From Ramazzottius varieornatus (lineage: Eukaryota > Animalia > Tardigrada), in contig BDGG01000002.1 in assembly GCA_001949185.1 (NCBI GenBank), forward strand, positions 5,384,448 to 5,448,447: DNA of 64,000 nt, read 5' to 3'. Made by a program: the position numbers and the translations under genes. This document shows positions 50,039 to 63,300 of this stretch, piece after piece (position 1 is the first letter of the stretch; each line of letters starts with the position of its first letter). Below the pieces are notes generated by a model that was given only the letters and a program-made list of their open reading frames with translations, made no database searches and had not been told where the DNA came from.

Positions 50039-53000
50039 ATGACGGACGTGTTTGCTCTTCACCAGATGGACGCGGTGAAAGTCAGAGTGAAGGTGAGCTA
50101 ATGTCTGTTTGCTTTCCAGATTATTCATTGTGTTTATGTGATCGTGAGATTACAGGTGCTTATCAAGAGAGCCGACGTCCGACCTGTTATTCCGTTAATC
50201 AGATCCTATATGCGTTACTTCGAGAGTTGGTCGTCCATACTTCAGGCACGATTTTCGGGCGTCACGCGACTAGATTTCGTAGTAACCTCCACCCGCGATG
50301 GTTTTCGGCCCTGTGAAGATCGCACCAGAGGAAGTCGCGTCGGGACGGAAGTGGACTTATAGTGGAGGCTTATGGATGACAGCCCAGATAGCTTTCGTTG
50401 AAGATAGTTAGTGTATGTCCAATGTTTCGTTGGTTTGTCATTTCAGAGAAAGTTTCCCGGGCCTGAGCTGCTTTGCCTGATAGTTCGTGCATGAGTTGCT
50501 TTGTCTGGGTCGGGGCGACCATGGATGCGTGACTGAACTTGTTCCGCGTTATCGAAGAGGTCATAAGAGAACAAGGAAGCAGGGTAAATATTCCAGGCAG
50601 GGGGAGTCTTGACTGTCTTGTCTTACCGGTCATTTTCCACCGACTTGATGCTTGCTTCATGAGGTTCTTGTTCTCATCCTTGCAATGCTGCGCTTCCTGA
50701 TGAGCCTGCGGATCAGTTTTCATTTTGGAAGCGAGTCGCTACCCTGAGAGAGTGACTGGCACTTTGTTGTGAGGCTGTTCAAGAATGTCTGCTTGGCCTC
50801 GGACCGGTCAGTATATGGCCAATGCACCGGCAGTAAATGCATCACAGCAGGCATCCTTGGCCGTGTCGCCGGCGAAATGAGCACTAATGTCTCATGGCGT
50901 GGCCGACGGTCTTCGCTGAAGGATGCAAAGATCAATTATTCTAGCCTTTGGGTGTCTTGACAGTGCTCTCCAAATCAAGCTGAAACTGCTCGACGGATGG
51001 GAACTTACAGCACCATATTTCAACTTCCCAAACCATGTCTCGACAGAAGACTCCTCTGGTACCCTCGAGGTAGAACTTCTCCAGACGTTTGTGAGGCTGT
51101 GCCATCGAACTGGTCTTTTTTTACTTATGGAACCACGGTGGAAACACCTGCGTATTTAAATATTCACATTAGCTCTGCAACTGTTTGTGAATATTGGGAA
51201 GGAAGGCAATGTGCGTGGAAGGATCGAGACGCATGGCGCAGTGCGTGTAGTTTTATAGTTCGGTCAGGCATCTTAATGTCGGGGGCGAAGCATGCCGGCC
51301 GGGAATTTGTCTATGCTGCTGTTGTCACCGTTTCCGCCTTTGCTGTATGGAGCTAATTTCCAAGGTTTCCTGGCTTTGACGCGGATGAGAGGTTGGTCTT
51401 GATGAGAGCATGGGTGGCGAAAGCACTTGTGTCTTGGTCCCGTCTGGCCTTCATCGACATCTACAACGTCTACACGTGGGAGCACTTCCCATTATATGCC
51501 TCCCGACCGCGCCCACGGCGCGTTTCTGTCGCACTTTGTGATGCTTTACCAGTAAACTTGCGGGCCAATTTAACGCGGGGTTCCCGATAGACGCCATGCA
51601 CTTGCTATCTCCCCAACCAGCTTTAGATTGTTGTTTTGAATACGCACATAACGCAGCACAATCATATGAGCACATTGCAGTGTGTACGAACAGCCGGAGC
51701 AGGTAAACAACCCGCCGGCTCTTGACTCACAGACTTCCGTAGTAGTTTTTTCTACAAAGAAGTAGCCGCGTCTTCAACGTAATGTATTGTAATGGGCTGT
51801 TTCTTCCATTTTGACGGTTCTGATGCTGCAATGTGGAAATTTGAAGTTTACGAGCTTTTTGTATGTCCTTTCGATGCTTCATTGTTCTGAGAAAATTTAT
51901 TCGCATATCTTCGTTACCTCTAGACGGCTCCGAATATCTGAGCAGAAGAGAAACAAACTGCTCGCACATCCTCCTGGTTTCATGGTTAGGAATCCATTGT
52001 CTGTACCGGCATTCTGAAGTTTTATTGTCAGGTATAATTGGGGGTGTGACGCCTTCCGTCTATTGCTTATTACGGCAATCTAGCTTAATTCTCTCGACGA
52101 GACCAATCTAGTTGGTCTTGCCCTCACGGCCCTGTCGAGTTGGTTACGACGCAGTTCATGATACACCGCTATGGATGTCACATGCTGAATAGTCTTTCGC
52201 ATGAGCTGGTTTACTGAATGTGTCTGTTTATTTTCCAGAAATGCGACGGACAAAATACGGCTGTCTACAAAAAGTTCTCCATTGACCCACGCATTACATC
52301 CTTCGAAGTCCTGAGGAAACTCCTGTCCAAAGCCTTCAACATACGAGGGTCAGTTCGAGTGTTTACCAGCTTCCGTTGTGATCGTTGAACAGTTCTGAGT
52401 GCTTTGCGAAATAAATGGTGATAACTGAAAAATGCTGTAATGGCTTTGGAGTGTGATGACCCAAATTGTTCCGATACGTCATGGTGAACATTATCTTATC
52501 GGGTTGTTTTTGTAGAGAGTTTAGTATCAGTTATCTGGCGCGCGACGAGGCTGGAAAACCAACATACACGTCGCTGCTGTCGGATTGGGATCTCGACGCA
52601 GCTTTGCTCGGCTTATCGCCCGATTCTCATCTGCGTCTAAAGGTCGACTTGCAGCCTGTCGAAGAAGGTCGGTTTAACAGTCCAGTCACCTCTAAAAGCT
52701 CAAGAAAAAGTTCCCGAATTATCTAGGCATCACATATGAAATGTGCAGGCCAATACTGCGCGAAGTCAGCTGGAGAAAATGCGGAAGTTAACTTAGTCTG
52801 ATGGGTATTTAAACAGGGATGGAACTGCTGCAGTAGAAAACAGTAACCAGTTTCCCGATTAAAATTCAGAATGCTCTGTGGCGTGGTTCTGTCTGGTGAA
52901 CACTGTTATATGAACTGATACCCTTTACTGTTTCTTCCAGGTTACAACGACTGGGACATAATATGTCCAGTTGATCTTCCCGACGAGCCTTCCAGCGCGA

Positions 53001-55231
53001 TGCGTTCTCCTTCGTCGTCGCACCCACTCTCCTTTCGTGACAAATTCATCAGTATTTCAAAGACAATGGACATGGTGACCAAAGCGCTGAATCTATCCGA
53101 AGTTGAGCGGCGCTACGCCAAGCCACCAATGACCGATGTGGAATACCGCAACTTTCTGGATTCCGATGGGCGCTTAGTGCGCCCGTTGGAGTTTCGTCGT
53201 AGTGTCTTTCTTGGTGGTGTCGACCATAACTTGCGTAAATATGTTTGGCGACTGATACTTAACGTTTTCCCGGATGGACTTGCGGGTCAAGAGAGACTTG
53301 ACTACATGAAGGCAAAGTCCACAGAGTACTACCGGATTCGCGACAGCTGGAAAGCAAGGTTCTCCAACGGTGAAATGACTCATCAACTACAGTTTATCAC
53401 CAACCTCGTGAGAAAAGACGTCCTCAGGTACATAACAATGACCACTCATGTTCTCATACCGGAACGCAGTACCAGGAAACCGAAACTGAGCCGTCACGAA
53501 CCTGCAGGCAAACTCTAGCTTTTGTGACGTTCATGTATGCAAGTGGGTGAATGGGGAATGGAATGTTCGTTCCATGCACCTGCATACCCAAGTGTCATAA
53601 CAAGGGTATGCTCCGTGCTACGCAAGTTTTTCTGGTTTTGTAGCGGTACCAATCTTAAGCTTCTCCGTAGGACGGATCGAACGCAGAAGTTCTACGCCGG
53701 ATCTGATGAGAACAAGAATGTGCTGGCACTCTTCAACGTCTTGACAACTTACGCCATGACCCATCCTTCAGTTTCGTACTGTCAAGGAATGAGTGATCTA
53801 GCATCACCGCTGCTGGTCGTCATGAAGGATGAAGCGCACGCGTATATCTGCTTCTGTGGTCTGATGAAGCGCATGAAGAGAAACTTCCGCTCAGATGGCC
53901 TTAGTCTCACTCTCAAGTTCGACCATTTAAAAAAGATCATAGCTTACTACGATCCCGAGTTTCACAGCTACTTGGTTCAGAACGACTGTGATGAGCTCTT
54001 GTTCTGTTACCGATGGCTACTGGTCGAGTTAAAGCGCGAGTTTGCCTTCGAAGATGCCTTACATATCCTAGAAGTTATCTGGAGCTCTCTGCCACCAGAT
54101 CCACCAGCCCACGAACTAGAATTAACAGAAATGGGATTTTTCGGTAATTCAAACGATTTAGAAAAACGTGAATATGAAATAACAGAGTTGTCTTGTTGCA
54201 GATGAGGGAGACGATTCCGGTTTGCACTTCACACGTGGAGACCCAAGGACTACGACTTCATCCAAGTCTTCGTCTGGACACAGTTCGGGACGACCGAGTA
54301 AACGAGGAAGTGTCATCAGCGGAGAAGGAGATGACCAGTCGCACAGTTCCTCTGAAGATTCGAATGATTACGTCTTGATGAGCGACTCTCTGACAGATAA
54401 TCTGGAAAAGCAGCTGGTTTATCTGGAGATATCCACGGCAGACGCCAGTCAAAGATGTCGAAATGCGTCGGAAGTTTCGAGTAGCAGCGCAGACTCCCAG
54501 TGCCGTCTGGCCCGTCCGTCTTCCGCCTACAGCATGGACAATACCCTCACAGACTCCAAGGTACATGCACGTTTGCCTTCAGATACATTTTTTTCTGTAA
54601 AATTCCGAAAGTCCATCTGGGTCGTATGTCAAATGGTACAGCAGGGGAAGAAACTTAAACTTATGAACAGAAGGACGAAACTGACAGCGTAAGCGAAGGC
54701 CGTGCCGGGATGTATCAAGGCCGCGCCTTGGCTAAGCAAGGGTGAAGCTGAATACTAACTTTTGGTGTGTTTCCGCAGGTGGAATTTCTTCTTCCGCCTT
54801 CGAACATTTCTCGGACCAACTCCGATCTTTCGGACATCTCTTCACTACCGTCGGCCGATGCCTCACCGACTGCAGTGGTGAGGCGACGTTGGCCACAAAG
54901 CGTCATGGACTCTGGAGTGGACGCTTCTGCTCCTTCGCCTTCGGAATCTTCCAAGTCCCAACTTCCGCGTCCGCAGGAGCTGGGAGATGGCAACCCGTTC
55001 CTGATTTTCCTGTGCGCCACCATTCTGCTTCAGCAGCGAGACTGTATTATGAGCAACCAGATGCAGCAGCACTTTGAGCTGGCCATGCACTTTGATAAGT
55101 TAATCAAACGCCATAACCTACATAAAATTCTGCTGCAGGCTCGCAGACTTTTCACAGACTATTTGAAAACCCAACAGTCTTTGCAGGACGAAGCCGAAAG
55201 CCATGCCGAAGATGGCGCGCACAATTTTTAA
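50039..55231 (+). CDS. TBC1D25: TBC1 domain family member 25 (OATL1, Rab-GAP with LIR); first intron ~2.1 kb
   Basis: VKVRVK/KCDG...KFSIDPRITSFEVL, SLLSDWDLDAA, LIR DWDII, VRKDVLR/TDR, SYCQGMSDLASPLL, LFCYRWLLVELKREFAF, PRPQELGDGNPFLIFLC. Confidence 0.94.
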
Positions 55232-58200
55232 CCGACCAGTGTTTTTGACTGACTTTTTTATCCCATGTTAACAATCTCTTCAGGAAAGTCCACTCCATGG
55301 TTTGTATCCGCTCAAACGAAAACTGCGGTGAAGAAAACTCTTTTTTCGTGCATGCTTTTGATATACGTTACCGAATTACTGTGATGTTTGTGACTTTTTG
55401 AACTACGCCTGCGTTTCGAAATCATCCGAAAACTGAGCCACCGTAAAACTGGCCCAGGGTGTTTCGCGAAGCTCCTTATGGCTAGGGAAGAGCGATGGCC
55501 TCGCAGAAAGATTTGCGGGAAGAGCCATGAAACTCGCCGAAGGGTTTTCACGGTCCTCATTGAATTTTTCATGCTCTAGCATACGTTGGGTACCGCGGTT
55601 GTCGCATGTGAGAGTATGCAGGTGGGTGAAATACGATTTTGGTATTCCGCCGGCTTTCGGAGGACAGATTTGCGTTCATATTGCGGTTACTCGTGGGACC
55701 GGGTAGATCATCTGGTATTAAAGCTTAGACCAGAGCTTGAACGGTATCATATGACGCCGATAAACAGATTAATTAGATTGCGCATTCCAGAGGATATGTT
55801 GGTTAGAAAAAATGGTTCAGCCGCGGAGAAAGAAAAAGATGGAAAAAGCGTTTTAGGTGTCAATCGAATTGAAAGGGGCTTTGCACGGACATGCACAAAA
55901 GGGCAACAAAACGATTTGGAAACAATCTGCAGCATCCCAAAATTGAAACGTCGTCTAACGACTCCCGCTTGATTGAGCACCAACAAATCATTAAGCGACC
56001 CAATCTCCGTTGTAACAGTGATAGTATGGGAAAAGGATCTGTGTTGTTCTGCACTTCATCTCATCTGTTTTCCTACCAGTCACTTCACTGACCGGCGTGT
56101 GACGGGATCAGATTGCCCGATCAACCTCGCGTCGTTAACGTCCTCGATCAGCAGATTTTTGATCCGTGGGAAACCCAATGACCAAACATTATGTTTGCGA
56201 TACGGATGAACCTCCAAGCCGTATCATACCAAATCAAAAAACGAAGACCGGACACCGAAGGTTGCGTTTGCGTATTCTTTCTTTGAATGATCAAGAATAC
56301 TAATCATTGGACCTACTCAGCTTTACAAGCTTGAGAGGACCAAAAAACCATTGTTTAATTGTCCGTATATTTTCGTTTCCAATGGTATCCGGTCAGAGAT
56401 ACGTTGGTATCGTGTTCTCGGCTGACCCGGAAGTGGATCACTCTGCTAACCTAAGTTCTGGCATCGTTGACGGGATGTCTCGTAGATCAGCACAGGACTT
56501 CCCTGCAAGCACGAACTGTGGTGCTTTACGGGCGGACAAGGCAAGGCTGTCAGCATCCATCAGATAATGTGATCGTCAGTGATCACTAAGCCACCCCGTC
56601 GCTTTATCCATTCCGTTATTATCCACCAGAGAATATCAATTCAATTTGCTGCAGAAAAAGGTTACTTACGAAATGGCGCTTTTCAAGCCGGTTTTACATC
56701 GATTCATCCTCTATATCAGGTCACAAGCTGCCAGAGCCTTTCATAAAAACTGCTCATCTTTATGCTCCATTAATTGTGCGATAATCGTAATGGCCGACCA
56801 CTGTGGAATAGGTCGGCAGAAAAAGACACGGCTTGCATCGATCAGCCCTCATCTTGTAATTAAACCACAGGAATATCTTCAGGAAAATCGTGCAGTATCG
56901 AGTAAAGCCTTACCTGAGCTGGATAATGCCAAGATCGTGACGAATACTTTCTGCTAAGCTTTATCATTCCGAGTTCGCCGTTTCAAACGAGTCCAGATAG
57001 TCGTATTGGGTACCACACATTTAGTGCGCCAGTGCGGTATCAGACTGTGCACGCTGTTGATAATTTATGCTTCTAGTATAATGGAAGCTCTTGTAATTCG
57101 TACCATAATCGATGGTGGACGAGTAATTACCGCATATGGAAGTAGCGATGAGCGCGCCTTCGTGATCAGAGATTTATAATAATATTTATATACATTTTCG
57201 CTCTTGAATGCCTGTGCCCGTTGATGGCGTAACTTGTATGGGTGCTCCGAGCCTCGTCACGCCCTTCCCAGATTAGTTTCTTCCATTAAATCCTTACTAT
57301 ACAGACGTATAATATGTTACCATATAGTGCGATGATACCGGAAGCTTTCAATCAAATTATATCCGAGCATATTGTTCGAATGCGTACTGCACAAATCTAG
57401 ATCTAAGTTAGAGTACGCCAGATCGCCTTTCGATCCCAGTTTCGCATACGCGCAGTACTCTGGCTCTGCAAAAATAATACCGACTGATCTTCTGTCGGAT
57501 CGTGAGTTCAGTCAGTAGAAACTACCAACCAGCTATGGACAATGCTAAAAATTATCATGTCGAATGGAAATATTGTGTATAGGCCCCTTGATTCTTCCGG
57601 AAGTTGGTTTTCGAACTCGGCCACTCCCAAAGGCCATTAATGTTTTGCCAAAAGATCACCAAGAAAATTTTGTCTGCCCAAATTTTGCATTGTGCTTTTC
57701 AGAGTAGATATGCAGATGAGGAAAGGGACACGTGGCGGTGCTGATAATGTCATATACCGGAGTAATTGGATTATGTTACGATCTTTGGGAGTGATTGTCT
57801 GATCGTACCAGAGTGCACGCGTACGTTGTCCGGCCTCGCTAGCTATAGCCGAGGTTTAATGGGGCAGTCGGGGTATTATACACAGGCGCATTTCAAAGTC
57901 TGTGGAAACATTGATAAGCCGGCCCGCGTATCCGGTATACGTTTCAGATCATCCACTCAAAAGAATTGCAGCGAATTTATTCCAGTTTAACCCCTGATAG
58001 TGCAACGTGCTGATGCATTAACTACTGTGCCACTATAAACTTCATGGTCCACTCGAATTCCGCTCCACTCACGTTGGGTTATTGAAATCGAGACAGCTTT
58101 TCTCATCACGACCGCATGGATAATCTTGTGACGCTCTAGTCTATTTGTTTGAAGGCCATAGTCAAGATCGGTAATTTGGAAAATCCCCGTTGATATACAC

Positions 58201-58242
58201 ACCCACCTTTGGACAAAGAGCTTCCGGGTTGTGGAAGGTGCG

Positions 58243-58987
58243 ATGGATCGCCAATCGGAGAAGAGTGTTTTCAGCGGCCAAGAGTCCCTCTACTGTGCGG
58301 GATGCGAGGCTGCGATTGTGGACCGGTTCTACTTGAAAGCACTGGACAAGATATGGCATGAAGATTGTCTGAAATGCGCTTGCTGTGATTGTCGTCTCGG
58401 TGAAGTTGGATCGTCATGTTTCACGAAGGCGAACCTTATTCTCTGCCGGCGAGATTACCTCAGGTAACTTTTTCCTCTTACAGTCCAATATGTCTCGTCA
58501 TATCTTTATCCGGGTTCTTTCGGAGCAGGTTGTTTGGAAATATGGGTTCCTGCAGCGCATGTGACAAAAATATCCCGGCTTTCGAACTGGTAAGCTAGAC
58601 TCGCTCTGTGGTTTCTCGACCCGGAAGTCGAGATGCACTATTATTCTCATGTAGGTGATGCGAGCCAACGGGAACGTTTATCATCTGGAATGCTTCGCCT
58701 GTTTTGAGTGCCGAAACCGATTCTGTGTTGGCGATCGTTTCTACTTGTGGAACAACCACATCCTCTGCGAAGCCGACTACGAGGAAAAAGTCCAGCCCTT
58801 GTTGAACACCGACGCGGTGTCCATCGGACTGAACGATGAAAACATGCACAGTAACTCATGCGGAGGTCTTCGAAATTGCATGCCCCATGCGGCCATTGTG
58901 TCTAACCTCAATCATTTGACTTGTATCGTTAACGAACCTACCCATATGGGCATGATGAGCGGCAAAAGTCAGCAACAGTACGCATAG
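58243..58987 (+). CDS. LMO3: LIM-only protein (LMO1/3, Beadex-like); 3 coding exons
   Basis: CAGC...DRFYLKALDKIWHEDCLKCACCDCRLGEVGS...ILCRRDYLR/LFG...CSACDKNIPAFEL/VMRA...YHLECFAC...FCVGDRFYL. Confidence 0.93.
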
Positions 58988-60341
58988 GCTGGTCAGAAGA
59001 TAGAATAGAGAAATTAATGTACATAGTTCGCTAACGAGCAAGTTGATACTGCATATGCTCGACAAGTATCAGCATGTGGCTCACTTCATTCTGTCGGGGC
59101 ACTTTGTGTGGTCATCACTGCTCATATTACCAGCCCTTGTACAATTTTACGGCTGCTAATCACATGAAATAAATACTGCACAGGAAGTGGCAATTAGTTT
59201 CAAATTGGTTCTAGTTTAAATGTCAAATCACCCGCTTAGCTTTGAGTGCGCCCGGGCCTTGCGAAGTCAGTAAAGACAGACGAACAGTACGGGATTAATT
59301 CATATCAATATTGGACATGAGATATGGGCAGGACACGCCAAAAGTGGAGGAGGAAGTTCACAATCAATTTTAATTGCATGACATCGAGACATATGGTTGG
59401 CTTTACAACGAGGCAAAAAATCAATCACTCTCCCTATTCAACCTCACACCATAGAGTTTTATAATTCAATCTTTTAGTAACCTCGTCAAGTAATCCATCC
59501 AAAAAGGTTTTTCACGAAAGTTGCGTGAGAGCTTCGCCTTCTGGTTTCCCACGGTTCGTTTGTCCGGACTTCCCTGTAGAAATCTTGGTAATGCAAGTTG
59601 GTGGATCATACGTAATGAGCGCTGGAGGAAGCCTTGATGGACGTTCGCGTATTCCACTAATCCCAGCCGAGCTTTGCTAAAGGTCCAATTCGATTAGAGG
59701 GTCGATCATTACTTACTTAAAGCTCCTTCTATGACATTGCCTTGTCGTTTCAAATTAGCCGAGCACCCCGATCGCCGGCAGGTCCACGGCCTGCCCTACA
59801 CGTATTGGTTGAATTATTGACGATGGCTGAGGACTCAAGACTGACTCCAATTAGCCCAGCTCTCATTATCCTCCAATCTGTATGCATATCCTCTGTCACT
59901 TCCAGACAAGGAACAAATTCATCGCTTTTAAGACCGGCACCAAGCGCAGAATTTCAAAGCACGCGGCACAGTTTCTGGCACATACGTGGCAAACCAAGGA
60001 CGACAGTCTTTACGAACTGAGGAGTATTGCTGATCGAACTGGCTACATGGGTGAATAACTTAAACAATGTAGAAGAGACAACAGATGAAAAGACAACCGG
60101 CCCATCGTCGAAAATCAGAGTACCTCAAACGACGTTGCAGCAGTAGGTAAAAATCAGAAACATCTCTAGAAATAAAAACGACGGGGCGACCACACCCGCA
60201 CACAACTTTGCAGCAATCGAATAGAAATTTTTTCTCACACATCCAGTGTCTTCCATATTCAAAATCAAAATCCACATAATTCAAGAGTAAAAAGGGTAAT
60301 TTACCTCAGACTCAGAAAAACAAAGCAAAGGATATTCTTCT

Positions 60342-63300
60342 TTATGTGTACACTTTGGCAACCCCATCAGCTCCCGCACTGGCCACATGGTTCTTGCTAG
60401 AGTGGAACGTTACATCATACACGGACTCATCCAGCTTCTTTCTATGGACCGTAACCTCCTGCAAGCACGTCTTGGTGTGCATGGACCAGAACCTGACGCT
60501 GGAATCATGACTGCCGGTGATCAAGTACAGACCATTGGGGTCGACAGCCAGACAAGACACGGCGTCGAGGTGTGCCACCATGGAACTGACCATCTCTCCG
60601 GTATTCGTGTCAAAGAACCTGACTTCCCTATCTTCGTGTGCTGTGATGGCTACTGGAAGACTGGGGTGATTAACTACTCTGTACACGTAGTCTTCAGCGT
60701 TCTCTGGAATTTTCAACAGCACGACTGCCTTGCCTGTCTCGATGTCGAGTACTGCGACTTGATGGTCGAAGGAGACCGTTATTTTGTTGGTGTCGTTAGG
60801 GAAGAAGTCGGAGCTTGTAGGGATGCCCCTGTCGCCAGTGGAGAGCTCCGTGAGAACGGAAAGCTTCTCTGTATCGTACAAAAGGACTTTACCGTCGGCA
60901 GCGGTGGAAACCATCAAGGGACGAGTGGCATGGTGCCGAAGATGCCAGACTGCCTCGGTGTGGTCGCGCATGATGGGACCTACGATAGCCGGATCGTAGG
61001 CTTCGTAGGGATCACCTGTCGTGCAGGAAAGGTTCCAGAAGCGGACTGTGGCGTCTTCACCTCCGCTCACGCAGTACTCGCCATTGTGCGTCATCGTCGA
61101 CGAAAGAACTGGACCACTGAAAAAAGAAAAATCACCACTTTCAAATTTTTAGTTCAATTAATTTAGAGAAACTGTGCGATAGATATTCTGAAGCCTTACA
61201 CATGGCCTCTGAATGTGTAAACCGGTTCAAAATCCACTGAAGACGCCTTTTTATTGCCGTTCCAGTTGCGGAACAAGTTCCAGTACTTCAGCGTTCCATC
61301 ATCTGACGCCGTCATTAGCATCAAGTCTTCCGGATGGAAGGCCAAACTTCTCACACCATCGAAATGACTGCGAAGCGTATGCTTGGTGGACCAACTCTTG
61401 TGCATCGGCCCTTCCCTGGTGTTTGAAGACGTTGCCTACATTCGAACAAGAACTCTCAAATTCATTCCCAAGCCAAATTCGAAAATCAAGTAACTGGAAG
61501 CTGAACAAACAAACTCGACAAGATTGTAATCCCAAGTAGCGCAAATTATGGTGTTACCCGCAAAAAGAGTGCGCTACTCGGAAGTTCTTATCCAGTGGCG
61601 CACCCTGCCAACTAGTGTCACTGGAAATGTGCGTCACTTCGAAAAAAAATCTTGTCAAACGTGTTTACCTATGTCCGCAGTTTTCTAAAATGAAACAGGG
61701 AACACTTACATCGTAAGGCCCGCTCTCGCTGTCATTGTTGACCGTCAACGCCGCCAGTTCTCCCAAACCGAAAGACGACGCTTCATTCGCAGCTTCTTGT
61801 GTGAGAAAGTTCGTGTCCGGTAGCTGTGTGTCCCGAGGATACGGATCCGGTGCGGCGCTCTGTGAAGTGAGATCCGCAGAACCATCCTTGTTCAAGCTGT
61901 TTAACATGTCTTGTAGATGGGACTTCTTGGGCCTGTGTCCACCACCTCCGCGTCGATCCTTCTGCTCATTCCGGAACTCTTCCTTCATCTTGGCCAAACT
62001 ATTTGACAAACTGCCCCAGTTCTCCTCACCTTCCACCGAACGCGCTTCACCTCCACCCTCTTCCGATGGAAGGAAGTCGAAATCTTTGAGAGCAGCTTCC
62101 GTGTCACCCTCACCACCTGCAACAACAAAACCAAATATCAATAAAACAAAAGTTCAGGTATTGTAAGGAACCTAGGCAAACAGACTTGACAAGATCGTTT
62201 CCCAAGTGGCGCACGCTGATAGCTAATGACAATGAAAGCGTACGTCACTTGGGAAACAGTCTTATCGACATTGTTCGTAGGTTCTCATCATGCACCACTT
62301 CATTATTATTATTTTCATATCTGACCTGTAGCCATATCTTCGTTGCTCTCTGACTTCGGCGGCGGTCGTCCAGCCACGATGGTTTTCCTGCTGGCTCGAC
62401 CGCGCTGGAACATGTTATCGAAGGAGTTCGCGCTGTCTTCCTCATTCTCTTCGGTCTCCTCAGCTTCTGGTCGAACTTGAGACCTAGGAGCACTATCGGA
62501 GCTCAGATAGTCAAACGTAGCTGAAAGAGCATTCTCCGCCGCCATCAGAGCATTGTCCATCACAGATTTCGGCAAGCGATCCTTGAGAAAGTCTGGCGAT
62601 TTCCCTGCGCCATTACCTGGAAAACAACAAACGAATTACATAGTCGTATTTTACAGGATTCGTTTATGTCTAACATACCATTGACAGCGTTCTGTGGTTC
62701 GGGCATCGGTTGAATCTTTCTTCCCGTTGCACTCAGCAAAGCGGTTACTCTGGCAGCCTGTGCGCTGATTAGTGTGTCAGCATAGCCTATCTCCTTCAGA
62801 TACTGGCGTAACGTATGACGTCCTTCCTTCCACGAAAGCCCCGCCACTGCATTCTGAGCGTTATCCCGAACGTAGTCTCCGTACCCCAAAGACTCCAGCC
62901 CTTCGTTCTTCTCATTCTGCAATCTGGCATCATCATCATGAACAACAGCTCCGCCATTCTCCACTTCCAGCTTGTAGCGAGCGAACTTCTGTCTTTCTTG
63001 TCGCAGAGCCAACTCTAGCATCTTTATTCGTCTCACCAGGTCGACCTTCAGACTTTCCTGTGACTTGCGTTCACCCTGCAAGAAAGCAGCCCGTGCCTGC
63101 AGCTCTGCACGCTCCACTTCCCACTGAGCACGATCCAGCTCGAACCGCGACCATTCGTGCTGTAGGTAGTGCAAAACACCTGGCAGGCTGTACTGGGGGC
63201 GTTGGTAGTCCATCAGCATCCCTCTGTTGTTGTTCTGCCCACCATCTGTACCGCCACCCTCATTGCCAGCGTGCTGTCCATGAGCCAGCTTTGGGCGAGG

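Noticed and set aside
60387-61166. 259-aa plus-strand ORF, and similar long antisense ORFs (62772-63395, 41229-41762, 2191-2691)
   Set aside because: Shadow ORFs opposite conserved coding exons, with no recognisable motifs.
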